A stretch of DNA of 64,000 nt from Eutreptiella sp. 'Long Island Sound 2002'. Its lineage: Eukaryota > Protista > Euglenida. The position numbers and the translations under genes are program-made. Within the stretch, counting starts at the first letter, position 1, and every line of letters begins with the position of its first letter. Under the pieces are notes generated by a model. It had not been told where the DNA came from and searched no databases. It saw only the letters and a program-made list of their open reading frames with translations. The stretch lies in NCBI GenBank assembly GCA_964036045.1, contig OZ038378.1, forward strand, positions 47,926,001-47,990,000, given 5' to 3'. Positions 1 to 11,143 of this stretch are shown here, in pieces.

Positions 1-88
1 CAAGCAGCAGGAACCCTACATCAGCAGCAAGCAGCAGGGGAGGCACAACAAACGCACAGTGTTGAAATCACTATAAAACCTTCTGACG

Positions 89-278
89 GTGGCCAACCGC
101 CCTCGAGGCAACGCCCTGGCGGAGCGCAGCAACCAGTCCATCCTTCAACGCTTGCCGACACACGGCATCTTCGGCAACAACGAGTGGGATGTCGACCTTC
201 AGTTTGCTGAGTTACAGTGTAACAACCTGACATCCAACAGTCTTCGACTGTCTTCGTTCGCAATTGATGGAGGACGTA
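89..278 (+). pseudogene. Retroviral-type integrase core (rve), C-terminal part
   Basis: NRPRGNALAERSNQSILQRL...EWDVDLQFAELQCNNLTSNSLRLSSFAIDGGR resembles the gypsy integrase pattern HPQxNGxAERxNxT...W...N...SPF...GR. It is cut at the transposon insertion. Confidence 0.85.
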
Positions 279-299
279 AGGTAAAGGGACCAGTTCATC

Positions 300-400
300 C
301 CCGGTGACCAGTTCAGCCCCACCCTGGGGATTATCAGGGCAGGGTGGGGATGAATAAGACACCCCCTGGGGATAAAAAGGACACCCCCGGGGATAAACAG
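300..400. repeat. Subterminal short repeats of the pogo element (CACCC(C)(C/T)GGGGAT(T)A x3)
   Basis: Three copies of a semi-palindromic CCCC/GGGG motif just inside the TIR. Confidence 0.6.
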
Positions 401-429
401 CGCACACCCTAAAACACTACAAACCATAA

Positions 430-1075
430 AAAGCTTCTGTTACCTGTTTTCCTTTACAAACCCTGTAATGTTTGTGTTTCTCGTAAAAAGTTTTTCTCTT
501 TTCTTTTTGTGAAACTATGCAGAGGGTTCTGTCTCTCAAAACCCCGTGATGTGTTTTCTCTGTACCAAAAGTTTATGACTTGTGTTTTGTAAAAGCATGC
601 AATGTTTATTTGTTTTATTACAACCGTGTACTATTTCTTTCTGTTGCAAAAGGTTGATGTGCCCTGTATTGTACAGCCATGCAGAGGCTGTTTAGGTTGA
701 AAACTTTGTAATCTATTTGTATGTTGCACTCTCCTATTTCATAACACTATACAACTTTTAATTTTTTGTAAAACCATGCAATGTTTATTTCTTTGTAAAA
801 CCATTCGATGTTTGTTTTTTCGGGCAAAAGGTTGCACTCTTCTGTTTTGGAAAACCATGCAAGGTTAATTTTTTTTTCAAAACTTTGGACTGTTTTTTTT
901 CTTGCTAAAGGTGGATGTCTCCCATTTTGTAGAACCATGCAAGGTGTTTGTTTTTTTAAAACCTTGCAATGTTTGTTTGTTGCAAAAGGTATTTCCATTT
1001 GTAAACCCATGCTTTTCAAAATTAAGGAGTGTTTTTTTTTTTGGGAAATTAAGGAGTGGTTTTTTTTTAGGGGGA
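430..1075. repeat. AT-rich degenerate tandem repeat inside the pogo element
   Basis: Recurring AAAACCATGCAA(T/G)GTTT and GCAAAAGGTT units with T-runs. Confidence 0.6.
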
Positions 1076-1418
1076 AACCGTGGTAATCTTTTGCTTTGTA
1101 TAACTTTGCACTGTCTCCCTAGCACACTTGCACAGAGCAACACGGTGACAGTTTCTGAATGCTTCCATACACCTGTTGTAAAGGTACTTGAAGCACTGAG
1201 ACAGCTTATGGACATAAGTGTGTACCTGGCTGAAAGTGTATGGCTTTGCACTTTTGATGACCGTGCCTAAAAGCACAATCATTCTAAGTCTGCCAGTGTG
1301 TCCCATGACATATATACTCTATAAGTCATGTACTCTACAAGTCTTGTACACAATCTACTAGCCATGCCATGCATGGCACAGTGGCATGAGGGAAGGAGAT
1401 GTCATTAGAACCACAGTT

Positions 1419-3024
1419 TTAATCTGTGTCGATGTCCATGGACGAACCACTGTCATGCGTCACGTAGCACGCGAATGCGGAGGCATTAGCTTCGTCTTCG
1501 CTGGACGTGTCGCTATCCGTCACTTGACGCTTGGCAGCACGCGCAGACCGTTCATCACACTGACGGGCACGCTTTACATGTCGTGACCCTCCGGCGAAGG
1601 CGTTCGTGTGGGGGCGTCTCAGCCTGCCATTGCTGTGCGGTGCAGCGGATGCTTCGGCAGATGTGCGTGCGCGTTTAGCAACGGGCTCCGCTTGCCGTGC
1701 CTGAGCGTGCATGCCTCTGTTTCTTGCTTGCTTGGAAGTTTTGCGTCGCGCTTTGGCTTCCTCTTGCTGATCACGTTCTTGCTGCGCAGCCTGCGCGGCT
1801 GCAAGGAAGCTGGTCTTCGTGACCCATCCACCAAGGCGCAGCGTCGATGCATCATCCTTTGTTTCCATGGTGATGGTCCTTGCGGTTGCTTGGGATCCCA
1901 TTTCTCTGGTGGTAGAAGGGGAGTCTTGGGATGCGGAGCAGTCTTGAGATGCGGGACAGATGGCAGTTGCCGGTACAGTACGGGATGCCAACTGCGCAAG
2001 CAGCTCCAAGCACTTGCCATCTGCCTCCTCTTGCTTAGGGCGCAGACGTTCCTCAGGGGCGTGGCGTAAGAAGGTCTCCACGCTGTGCGGTACAAGGCCT
2101 GTAACGCGGAACGCTGTACGGACCTTCTCACCGGTGCACGTTTGATACCACGCCTGCTCAACGAAGGAAACGAATCTGGCGACACCCAGGCTCCTCCCAA
2201 GGTTGCTCTTGATGAACTGGTCCTGCAGCTGCCGGTACCGGCACTTGACTCCACGAAACAGTGCACGGTCAAGAGGCTGGATTATGTCTGTAGCGTGACT
2301 TGGAAAGAGGACAACGGACACACCGGCCTTCTTGCACACAGTCAGACCTCTCACTCCAAGATGCGTCCTTGAACCGTCCAAGAACAGCACGATCTTGTTG
2401 TAGGGATTACTGAGCGGACTCAATCTGGGAACCAGGACTTGCTCCACCCACTCAACAAAGATCTCACTACTGGACCACCCAGTTCCCGTGCCTTTCAGGA
2501 TAACCTCTCGGTCGCAGTACCTTAGATGGGTTCCCTTCACAGTCTTGGTGTCAAACAACAGGGTGGGCGGTAGAGCCTCTCCACTCGCAACCACTGCTGC
2601 AATGACAGTCACAGCCTTCCGCTGATACCCCTGCCGCCGCGGCACTGACCTGCTGCTCCAACCACTTCCTCATATGAAGGTCTTCCACTCTGGGTGGCGG
2701 CCCAGGCCGTCCCATCACCACACGCTCACTGTTCATGAAGCGGAGCAGGTTCTTCTTGATGGTCTTCTTGTCCACGGTGAACAGCCTCATGGCTTGCCTC
2801 AATGATCCCCGCCCAGCGGCAACCCAAGCGACGGCCTCTTCGAGGTGTGTGGTGTGCTGCGGCAGAGGATAGGATGCGTATGGCTCGTGTTCCGTTCTGT
2901 TGACGCTGTTTGCATTCCGTTTACCTCTCATACCAGCCTTAGAACGCCCCTTTGGCAGCGTTTCACAGGCGTTCCTGATTTTCCGGCGAGCTGCAGTTCT
3001 ACCGATACGGGATCCCAACCGCAT
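1419..3024 (-). pseudogene. pogo-family transposase (N-terminal HTH + DDE_1), frame-broken, middle region missing
   Basis: ORF 2551-3024 has LEEAVAWVAAGRGSLRQAMRLFTVDKKTI (psq-type HTH-like). ORF 1419-2645 has VTVIAAVVASGEALPP, GWSSSEIF, LFLDGSRTH and FPSHATDIIQPLD, with 35 residues between the last two Asp. No DET motif for the first catalytic Asp is visible. Confidence 0.88.
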
Positions 3025-3317
3025 TATCTAAAATGAAAAAAAACAAAGGGAAATCAATCTCGGAATCGTATATTTCGCGCAGTATTCATTTTGCTATTAC
3101 GTGGTGACATTAGGGCTTACGTAACTTTGCGGCGCTAATTTACGCGATTTCGCGCGGTATTATCTGGCGATTTACGGGATCGCCAGATGGATCTCGATTA
3201 TTTTTATAATGTTCAACAAAATGTTTCTTTGATTATAAATCGTCATTTCCTGATAACTTTATTTGCCTGGCGATCCTGCGCCGCGACAGTGGGTGTCTAA
3301 CTGGTCCCTTTACCTTA

Positions 3318-3905
3318 CACCCCATTTTCCATTCGATTTTCCCCGAATGACTTGTGATGCACATGAGCCTTCCACCGCGAATGATTACATGCATCGAGCT
3401 CAACGTACCTTCGATTCTGTGCATGCTATGCTCGCTGAGGAAAGTCGATGCCAAATGCATGTGGTCCTGCAAATGGACCGACACGCTCGAGTGCCTGAGG
3501 TGGGAGAGGGATGGTGGGTGTTGGTACCCGAATATTGACAGTAAGGGAAACTCGATGTTGTTTCGTGTCGCCCATATAAAGTTCTTGAGGTGCTCAACAA
3601 GGGCAAGAACGTTAAACTGGACATCCCTGCCCCCTGCGGTGGGTTGTGTGCTTTTGATCGCGACTGCATAAAGCCCTACATCGACCGACGGACAGCCAGT
3701 GTGGTAATTCCCGATGCCGCCTGCCAAGACTGGAGCTTTCCCTCGACCTGTTAGGATTCTTGCTATACGTCGAGTGGGATCCAAAAAGGGCCGCACATTT
3801 CTGTATCACTGTGGATGGGATGACGACACTTGGTCGTGGGAGTGCAGTGAATTTCTAGAGGAGCACCCGGTCTACCTTGAGTTTCTTCGACGCCACCCTG
3901 AGTAA
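3318..3905 (+). pseudogene. Integrase C-terminal GPY/F-type domain plus chromodomain
   Basis: Frame 2 reads EVGEGWWVLVPEY*Q*GKLDVVSCRPYKVLEVLNKGKNVKLDIP. Frame 3 then reads VRILAIRRVGSKKGRTFLYHCGWDDDTWSWECSEFLEEHPVYLEFLRRHPE, which is chromodomain-like. Confidence 0.85.
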
Positions 3906-6900
3906 GTCCACCTCTTTGCAGTGTGAATTTTCGAAAACTCCTGCGGGGTTCCAGATCGACTACTGGAGCCTCAGAGAGACGTTCAACCTACGGACATCCC
4001 GAGCTTCCTCTCAACCTCCCCCCTCTCGAGCATCACTGTCGAACATCATCGATGTTGACGAGGACAACGGCGATGGCGACGACGATGGCCACGGTGCCAA
4101 GGCCCCAGTGACATCGACTTCAGGTCGCTGCTGTCGATCAGTTGCGTCAGCGCCAGCCCGAGCAATTCGAACACCGACACCGTTTCTGGCACCGAACTAC
4201 AGTCGGTCGGCCTACGTCGGCAGTTCAAAAGGCAAAGAAGGCCCCTCGTCAAAAGGAGGCAAAGGAGCTTTGCGTCCTTTGGTGTGTCCTGCAGAGGGAC
4301 ATTTGCCGGAGTAGCAGCAAGTGGTCGCATCGTCATGTCAGGAGGCACGACAGGCGTGGGGATACTCGAACTAGCCCTTGCCAACTAGCCTATCATGGAA
4401 TCCACCTGAGAAGGGGGACCCCGACCGACATTGACCCCAAACTTTGTAAGTTACACGGCCGCCCTGCCGCAGACGACGCCGAGTACCTTCGACAGCAATG
4501 GACGAGCTTTTGGGAGCCTGATGCTCAGTCCAATTCTTCGGAGGAATGCTTTGATTCACACACACAGGGGTTCGATCCAGAGGAAGACGGGGATCTCGCT
4601 TGCTATACGGCATACGACGGCTGACCTCCTTGTTCTCTTCAGTGTCCGGAAGGAACCAATCATCATTGGTCGACAATTTGTGGAAGGGAGGGCCCAACGC
4701 CTCCAAGAACAAATCGTCATGGGACGACAATTCGTGGAGCGCAGAGCCGAACGCCCCCAACAACGAATCATGGGTCGAGCAATCATGAAAGTCGAACGCT
4801 CCCAAAACGCAAGCGTCCACTCGAACGAACCAACCCACTTCCTACTTCGAAGCAGAAGAGGACGATGACAGCTACGAAGATTGTACCTACGATGAGGGTA
4901 CCTACGACAATGGCAACGAGGAGAATTCGTACGCCACGCCGAGTTGGTCAAGTCCACCGCCCAGCTACGATCAGGTTCGTCGACCAGAGCCGCTGTGGCA
5001 GCCATATTATATGCAGCAATACGACCATGAGATCGAAACTGTCAACGAACTCCAGCATCTGGGCACATTCAGAATGAAGCCACCCTACCGGTTTTGGTCA
5101 CCCGAAGGTGACCCACTTGCTCGAGAATATCGCAAACTCGAACCCCAAGTGTTTGTCATCGCGTCGAGTCTCATGGTGGGCCAGCGACGAGGTCATCACT
5201 TCTCAAGCCGGCTCCACACAGAAGTTGTGTCGTAGACGAGCGCCTGCATCTTCAATCTGCGTGACGTTATCAACATAGACAGCTGGCGCAAGACAGCGCC
5301 GTTTCCCTATACCACGATTCGAAGCGCGCCTGACACATCCTTCGATGAAAGCGGAACCCCTGGCAGCGCACCAAGCTACCTGTGGTACGCAAAGGTCGAA
5401 GGGGCTTGCCAAAATTTCCGAAACTGCGTCGTCGACTGGGGTAAGTGCGATGAAGAACTCGACTCAGGGTACAGGAACAGCATCGTGGAGACCGACCTTC
5501 CCAACCAAGTTGCACGCCTGAACCGCATGCATCAACAGATTTGCGGGATGAACGACCTGATCCATGTTGCCGATGGAATCAACCTGCTCTTCAAGTACCG
5601 AGGCTTCTGGACAGCAGCGAAGATGCGCCGGTCGGCACCATCCGCTATCTCGATCCCTGGACTCTTCCGGACCTCCAGAAGGTTTGCCAAACGAATGACT
5701 GGTTATTCGAAGACCGAGCACCCTTTCTCGCGTATAAGGTTGACTTGCTTCTTCGACAACACCCACTTCAAGGCCTTCGACGTACCACTCCACTCGGGTA
5801 CAAGAGGTACCAGTGTGCCCCAGTTGGAGCCCACGACCTCATGATCCAGCTTCAAGAATATCCTCGACTGGGACAGTCTACTGGTCCCTACGCCTACAAT
5901 GCGGTCGCGCCAGGGGCCCCAATCGATCTGGTCGCGCTGGCGACAATTTATCAGACCGGCGTTGGGCAAGTTAGATACTACGACTTCCACAAGGAAATTT
6001 GGAGGGTCGCACGTCTTCATTCGACCAATGAAAGATACCGCAACCTTTTTTCTTTCAAAGACTCCACTGATCTGACTCGACGTCTGGGAAATTCGAAATA
6101 TGTGACGTCCCCCTGGGAAAGCAGATACAAAAACGGACGGTACTGGCGTCGAGAAGTCTCCTTTTGAAGAGATAATTTTGTCGATCGACGGGAAGAGCTT
6201 GCCCGCACGTGACCGGTTTCATCCAGATGCTGTCGACCTCCGATTCTTGACCGCCGATTGCAACTCCCATCGACATCACTTCGACGTGCCGATGTTCAAG
6301 AACCTCACGCCGATTCAAGATGACTTCAAATTTGCCCATCGCCGCAACGTCCACTGCCGAGACCAAAATTTCGATCCAGTCATTCTGGACACGGCCTCGC
6401 GCCTTGTGACTGCAGAGGCGGTGGGACTCGCCCTACAGAGCACTCTGGCTGATGGACAGTATTTGCATCAACACCCTGGTCAGCTCCAAGCCGAGTCTCG
6501 AACGGACAGTCTCGAGATCATTGACCGATACGCCCTCGGTCCTGGAGTCGACGACGTCAGCGCAATCATCGTTGCTCGAAGGGTTTGGATCGCCGACACA
6601 CCGTGGTGGCGAGTCGACACGCGAACTGGTCAGTTCTACCACAGGGATGCCGCTGGTACTGGTTCCAAACAAACGCATCGATGGACCACTGGTCAAAATA
6701 ACGCTCTGTCCTTCCAAACCACCCATCGAACGGATTTCTGGAACCCTACCATCTGGCAGCCGTCGATCCTCTGGGATTTCTTTATGACCAAGTCGCAGAC
6801 ACTGGGACCAGGACAGTTTCGAGCTCCTGCCCGTGAGCATGTCTTCATATTCCAGTACAAATGCCCTGTGGACGGCCGACCTGGCGATCCCAATCTCCGA

Positions 6901-7038
6901 CTGATCAACCATCGATCTGGTACCCTGATCCAGAAACGTGCCTTCGAGAGCGAAATCCGTCGACACTACACCGGCCATGACACCTTCAAGTTCATGGCTA
7001 GCTTGGAAACACTGAAAGACGTGCAGAAAGTATGTTGA
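3877..7038 (+). pseudogene. Large (~1000 aa) decayed ORF of unknown family between pol and the 3' LTR
   Basis: Consecutive same-strand protein-like segments (3877-4314, 4142-4624, 4600-5844 through two in-frame stops, 5541-6167, 6178-7038) join with a few frameshifts. Confidence 0.7.
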
Positions 7039-7485
7039 CTGATTCGTCCACGCCCGTTTGGGGAATGGACAGCTGATTCGTCAGTCAGAATGCCAGGTAA
7101 TGGGGTCAACTGTCCTAATATGCCCTGTCAATCCGACAGTTGTACAGTCATGTTGGCTGTTTGTTTGCTGGGCACTTAGCCTCGATGGCTGTGCCCTATG
7201 TTATGGTATCTTGACGAACCCAGAGCCTTCCTGTGGGTAGCGCCATACCCTGGCGAGGTTTCTCCCGGCATCAGCCAAGACGCGGTCGGTGGCAAAGTTG
7301 AACACGGCACGTGAGTGAGGCGCTGATGACAGATATACTCTGCACTCGACCGCAGTCTGTGGGTCTCGACCACTATTATGTTTCAGGAAACCAGCACATG
7401 TGGAGGTGCAGGGGAATTTTTTTTCTCTGGCGAATGTCTGTTCAGGCTTAGACAGTGCGGTGCCCGCTCAGACGAGTGAGGTCTC

Positions 7486-7494
7486 AGGGGGGGG
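7486..7494 (+). promoter_or_regulatory. Polypurine tract
   Basis: AGGGGGGGG ending 3 nt upstream of the LTR start (TGT at 7498). Confidence 0.7.
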
Positions 7495-7497
7495 TAG

Positions 7498-7762
7498 TGT
7501 CCTGGTTTCGAGCAGCAGCAGTGCAGCGAGCGCACGAACGCGCGATCCCACTGCAATCTGCAAATACATATGAAGCATCGAGAAGCCAGTTGCGGTGATC
7601 GAAGTGGTGTATAATACTTCGATATCTTTGAACAGGGTTTTTGTCTTTGAATTTGTGAATTGGGTACGATTTGGTGCTCCGCCTAAAGATCCTGCACAAA
7701 AGGAGTTCGTCGTATTTTGGGATTTTCGAGAAACAGGACAGTTCCCAAGTCAAACGACAGCA
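7498..7762 (+). repeat. 3' LTR (265 bp)
   Basis: TGTCCTGG...CGACAGCA. It aligns without gaps to 60196-60460 (about 38 mismatches by hand, ~85% identity), and homology starts at TG and ends at CA. Confidence 0.88.
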
Positions 7763-8475
7763 AAGGTCCCCAGGTCAAACCAGAACACCAGTCCAGATGC
7801 CAGCTGGTGTATAGTAGCAGGAAATAGCTCCAGCGTGGCCTTGAAATAGTTATTGTAGTCACCTTTTTAAGGTCTTCGAAGTGTCCAATGTATTTGCAGT
7901 TTCATTGAGCCTTCAAAGTAATTAGAACCAACGGCGCAGCAGCGGGCGCCAGTCGTCGCCGTCACTTTTACCACATTATCTTCTTGGCACAAAAATGTCG
8001 TGAATGTGCGTACAAGCTACAGAAAAGCTGATTTTACAACACCTTTTGATCAATTATGATGGGTTCGTAGTGTATTTTATGGCATTTTTCATAAAAATGC
8101 ACTAGATTGCAAATTTTCTCGAGAGGGCCTGCAGTGACGGCCGTTCCCTCCCCTATGGGGAATATTAAGTATAGGGCTGCAGATTTGCTTTGAAAGAATA
8201 TCATATGGCGCGAGTTTGCCCTAAGGCTCTTATGCTGACGCATGGGGGGAGACCCATGCTTCCAGGTTTAACCTTGTTTTTAACATGTTTTTGACTTTGT
8301 TTGACTTGTTTGACCTTGTTATGACCCAGAACTGACTTAGACTTGTTGACGATAGGACATTTCCTGTCGACGACAGCCATCAACGACCCCAATATCAGAT
8401 CAGAGGGCCTGTGGGTCCCTGATTTAGTGTGTTTTTTCTATAACAATCTAACCTTAGCACATGGCTTGGGACTTA

Positions 8476-8643
8476 GGCACTTGGCTCCTGTTCACCGGTG
8501 TGCCCGCTCGGTGTGTGGTGTTGTGTGTGCTGTGTCCTTGGCCAGTTGGCTCCCGTTCACCGGTGTGCCGCTCGGTGTGTTGTGTTGTGTGTGCGGTGTC
8601 CGTGGCCTCTTGGCTCAACTTCACGGGTGTGCCCGCTCCGTGG
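8476..8643 (+). repeat. ~63-bp satellite, ~3 units
   Basis: Unit like GGTGTCCTTGGCCACTTGGCTCCTGTTCACCGGTGTGCCCGCTCGGTGTGTTGTGTTG; same family as 10775-11143. Confidence 0.85.
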
Positions 8644-9083
8644 GTTTCGTTATCTGTTCAGTGGCCTTTTTTGAGGCATGGCGGTCCCCCGCCGAAGAAA
8701 CACAAAACATTGCTCCCATGCGAGGTTCACCGACGGACAGCCGCATATGTACAAAAAGAAGTTTAAACCTGCCCAAGGTGCTAAGCACTTTCATAACTGA
8801 AACCATGGGCTACAAGCAGGCTTTCCTAAATTTGCAATATGTGGACCTGGTGAGTGGCAATGTGGTTTTGTGCCGGATGGTCATTGAAGTTGTTTCAGTG
8901 AGAGGGAAGAAACAGTTGAGTGTGATTTTGGCGATTATTGGTGGTCAGAGGCGATGAAAAAATGGGTGACTAAAATCAAAAACAAGTATGTGAAAACACA
9001 GGAAAACCTGCAGTCGCCCTGTCCCTTGCGCAGCAACACTGGGCCAATCTAAGTGAGAAATAGTGAAGACCGACAGTGAACAA

Positions 9084-10814
9084 TTATCCAATCAAATGGG
9101 GTTTTGCTCGGCGTAAGTGTTCATATTCTCGAACCAGTTGGATGGCCATCCAGGCTTTGTATTTCACATTTGTGTGACAGTTGATGTTGTTCTCGTGATC
9201 CACATTTACCCAAGCTTTAGCCATCAAGCGAGAGTATGTAGGGCGGTTGTGAAGTAGTTGCCAAAGTCTTGACTTCAGACGTTTGTCATCGACTTGAAGT
9301 TGATCACTGAGAGGAAAGGTGGATTCAGTCTTATCTGTTTCAGCGTTGCTTGGAGACTCGGGAGCGGTGATAGAATTTGCTTGATCGTGAGGGAGTGCAA
9401 GATCGTGTTCGTCTGCGCCTGAGTTGCTGGACGACTGCAGAGCAGGGGGGGAGTCTGATGCAGAGTGCAGCGATGCGTCTTCAAAGAGTTGGCATTGTTC
9501 GTTGGGACTGTCGTATATGGCCATTGTTCTTGATGTCCAATACGTTGGTGGCGCTGATGCCGCGGATGGCACGGATTCAGGCTCATTGTCGGTTGACGAG
9601 CTGTCCCAAAAACGCCCTTTTGGCTCAGAGGCAGCACGGAACTCGTCACTGTTGTCCGATGATTCATGAAAATCAAGTCTGCCTTTTTCCTCTGCGGGAG
9701 TAGGACCGATGTCTTCCTGAATGGGCTCAGGGGGCACGCGAGTCTCGCTCCTCTTTTCCTTGGATTCGGCAACAGCTCTCGTGTTGAGGAGAGGCAATGA
9801 GTGCTCAGAGAGCGAATCATGGTCATTTTTTTGAAAAGTGACTTCTTCTGGACTTGAGTTACTTCGGCAGTGTGTGGGATTATCCGCTGGATCTTTGGAG
9901 TCGTTGCTCGGGAATAACAGAGATGCTGCTTCAACTTGAGGGTGCCATGCTTTAGCTTCGCTTACTTGACGGCCTTGGTGGTATTGGATAGCTTTGGCAG
10001 GTTGCGCCGATTGCAGGTTTTGGTGATGCTCTTTTTTTGCTGCTCTGCATTGCTTGCAGCGCAGTGGGAGATGTAGTCCGCGGTCCAAAAACCATTGTGC
10101 TGCCGCTTGTTCGAGTTCAAAGGCAGACTGACAGTCTTTGCACCTCTTCGTTTGATCTGGTAATTCTACTTTGGGTTGTCGGAAATGCTTGACTCTCCGT
10201 ACTGAAGTCCACCTCGCAGATGAATCTGCGGAGGAGTGTTCGGAGTGTTTATCGGCGGTTGATGTGGTTGTGGATGGCCCAGTGTGCACGCCAAGGGTGG
10301 AGGGGACAGTACCTTTGGAAAAGTTGCCAGATGAATGTACATCCAGTTCTTCTTCGGCCGGAAGCCCATTTTTGCCGCTGGCGTACGGGGAATGAGTAGA
10401 AGCGTGATTTGGCGTGTTTGTTTGTGTTTGACTGCAGAGAGATAAATCATCGTTGTGAGAAAACCAGCAGTTGTGTTTAAAGCGGCAGCGCTCTCTAAAC
10501 GGACATGGACATTGCTTACCGAGGCTCTTAGAAAGCAGACGATTTATGTGAAGGAGTATTGAGATGTGATGATCCGCTGGTACGAGTTGAATTGAATTCA
10601 AAATCGCCTTCAGCGTTGCGGAGTGATTCAGCGACATTCGTAATAATATAGCGTCCACGTTAAGTGAAAATAAATTGTATAAAAATCCATCTTCTGCCTT
10701 TTGCGAAACATTGTTGTAATTGTCGTAAATTGCTGTGACCATTGTGGTGAGCGCGCGCTTTTTTATCTGTTCAGTGGCCTTGGCGCTTTGGCTCCCGTTC
10801 ACCGGTGTGCCCAC
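9084..10814 (-). CDS. Intronless zinc-finger protein: CCCH finger + CxxC zinc ribbon (zf-trcl-like) + long acidic/Ser-rich linker; likely ATG at 10742
   Basis: 576-codon open frame. CPCPFRERCRFKHNCWFSH fits C-x7-C-x5-C-x3-H (10455-10511). RCKDCQSAFELEQAAAQWFLDRGLHLPLRCKQCRAAKK (10035-10148) resembles the bacterial-type probable zinc-ribbon domain. Confidence 0.75.
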   Translation of the reverse strand: MGTPVNGSQSAKATEQIKKRALTTMVTAIYDNYNNVSQKAEDGFLYNLFSLNVDAILLRMSLNHSATLKAILNSIQLVPADHHISILLHINRLLSKSLGKQCPCPFRERCRFKHNCWFSHNDDLSLCSQTQTNTPNHASTHSPYASGKNGLPAEEELDVHSSGNFSKGTVPSTLGVHTGPSTTTSTADKHSEHSSADSSARWTSVRRVKHFRQPKVELPDQTKRCKDCQSAFELEQAAAQWFLDRGLHLPLRCKQCRAAKKEHHQNLQSAQPAKAIQYHQGRQVSEAKAWHPQVEAASLLFPSNDSKDPADNPTHCRSNSSPEEVTFQKNDHDSLSEHSLPLLNTRAVAESKEKRSETRVPPEPIQEDIGPTPAEEKGRLDFHESSDNSDEFRAASEPKGRFWDSSSTDNEPESVPSAASAPPTYWTSRTMAIYDSPNEQCQLFEDASLHSASDSPPALQSSSNSGADEHDLALPHDQANSITAPESPSNAETDKTESTFPLSDQLQVDDKRLKSRLWQLLHNRPTYSRLMAKAWVNVDHENNINCHTNVKYKAWMAIQLVREYEHLRRAKPHLIG

Positions 10815-11143
10815 TCGGTGTATTGTCTCGTGCGTTCGGTGTCCTTGGCCACCTGGCTCCTGTCAACCGGTGTGCACGCTCGATGTGCTGTGTTTGCGGT
10901 GTCCTTGGCCACGTGGCTCCTGTTCATCGCTGTGCCCGCTCGGTGTGTTGTGTTGCATGTGCGGTGTCGGTGACCTCTTGGCTCCCGTTCACCGGTGTGC
11001 TCGCTCGGTGTGTTATGTTGTGTGTGTGGTGTCCTTGGCCACTTGGCTTCTGTTCGACGGTGTGCATGCTCGGTGTGTTGTGTTGCGTGTGCGGTGTCCT
11101 TTGGCACTTGGGTCCTGTTCACCGCTGTGCCTCTGTGGTGTGT
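10775..11143 (+). repeat. ~63-bp satellite, 6 units
   Basis: Units start near 10775, 10839, 10899, 10964, 11029 and 11094. Confidence 0.9.

Larger units (their letters stand above)
279..3315 (-). mobile_element. pogo/Fot1-like (Tc1-mariner superfamily) DNA transposon, internally deleted
   Basis: Perfect 17-bp TIRs AGGTAAAGGGACCAGTT (279-295) and AACTGGTCCCTTTACCT (3299-3315), flanked by TA at 277-278 and 3316-3317, with a DDE_1-type transposase inside. Confidence 0.92.
1..7762 (+). mobile_element. Ty3/gypsy (chromovirus-like) LTR retrotransposon, 3' portion, decayed; 5' part lies left of the window
   Basis: Order of parts: integrase core, GPY/F-type domain, chromodomain, extra ORF, purine tract, then a 265-bp TG...CA LTR homologous to the LTR at 60196-60460. 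Confidence 0.85.

Noticed and set aside
360-400. GGGGATAAAC resembling the end of type I-E CRISPR repeats
   Set aside because: Only ~10 nt match, spacing is ~22 bp, and it lies just inside a pogo TIR, so subterminal repeats are the better explanation.
274-3320. Alternative boundaries with 20-bp TIRs and an AC duplication
   Set aside because: This also restores the frame, but TA is the established pogo target and gives the better integrase motif (GRTP).
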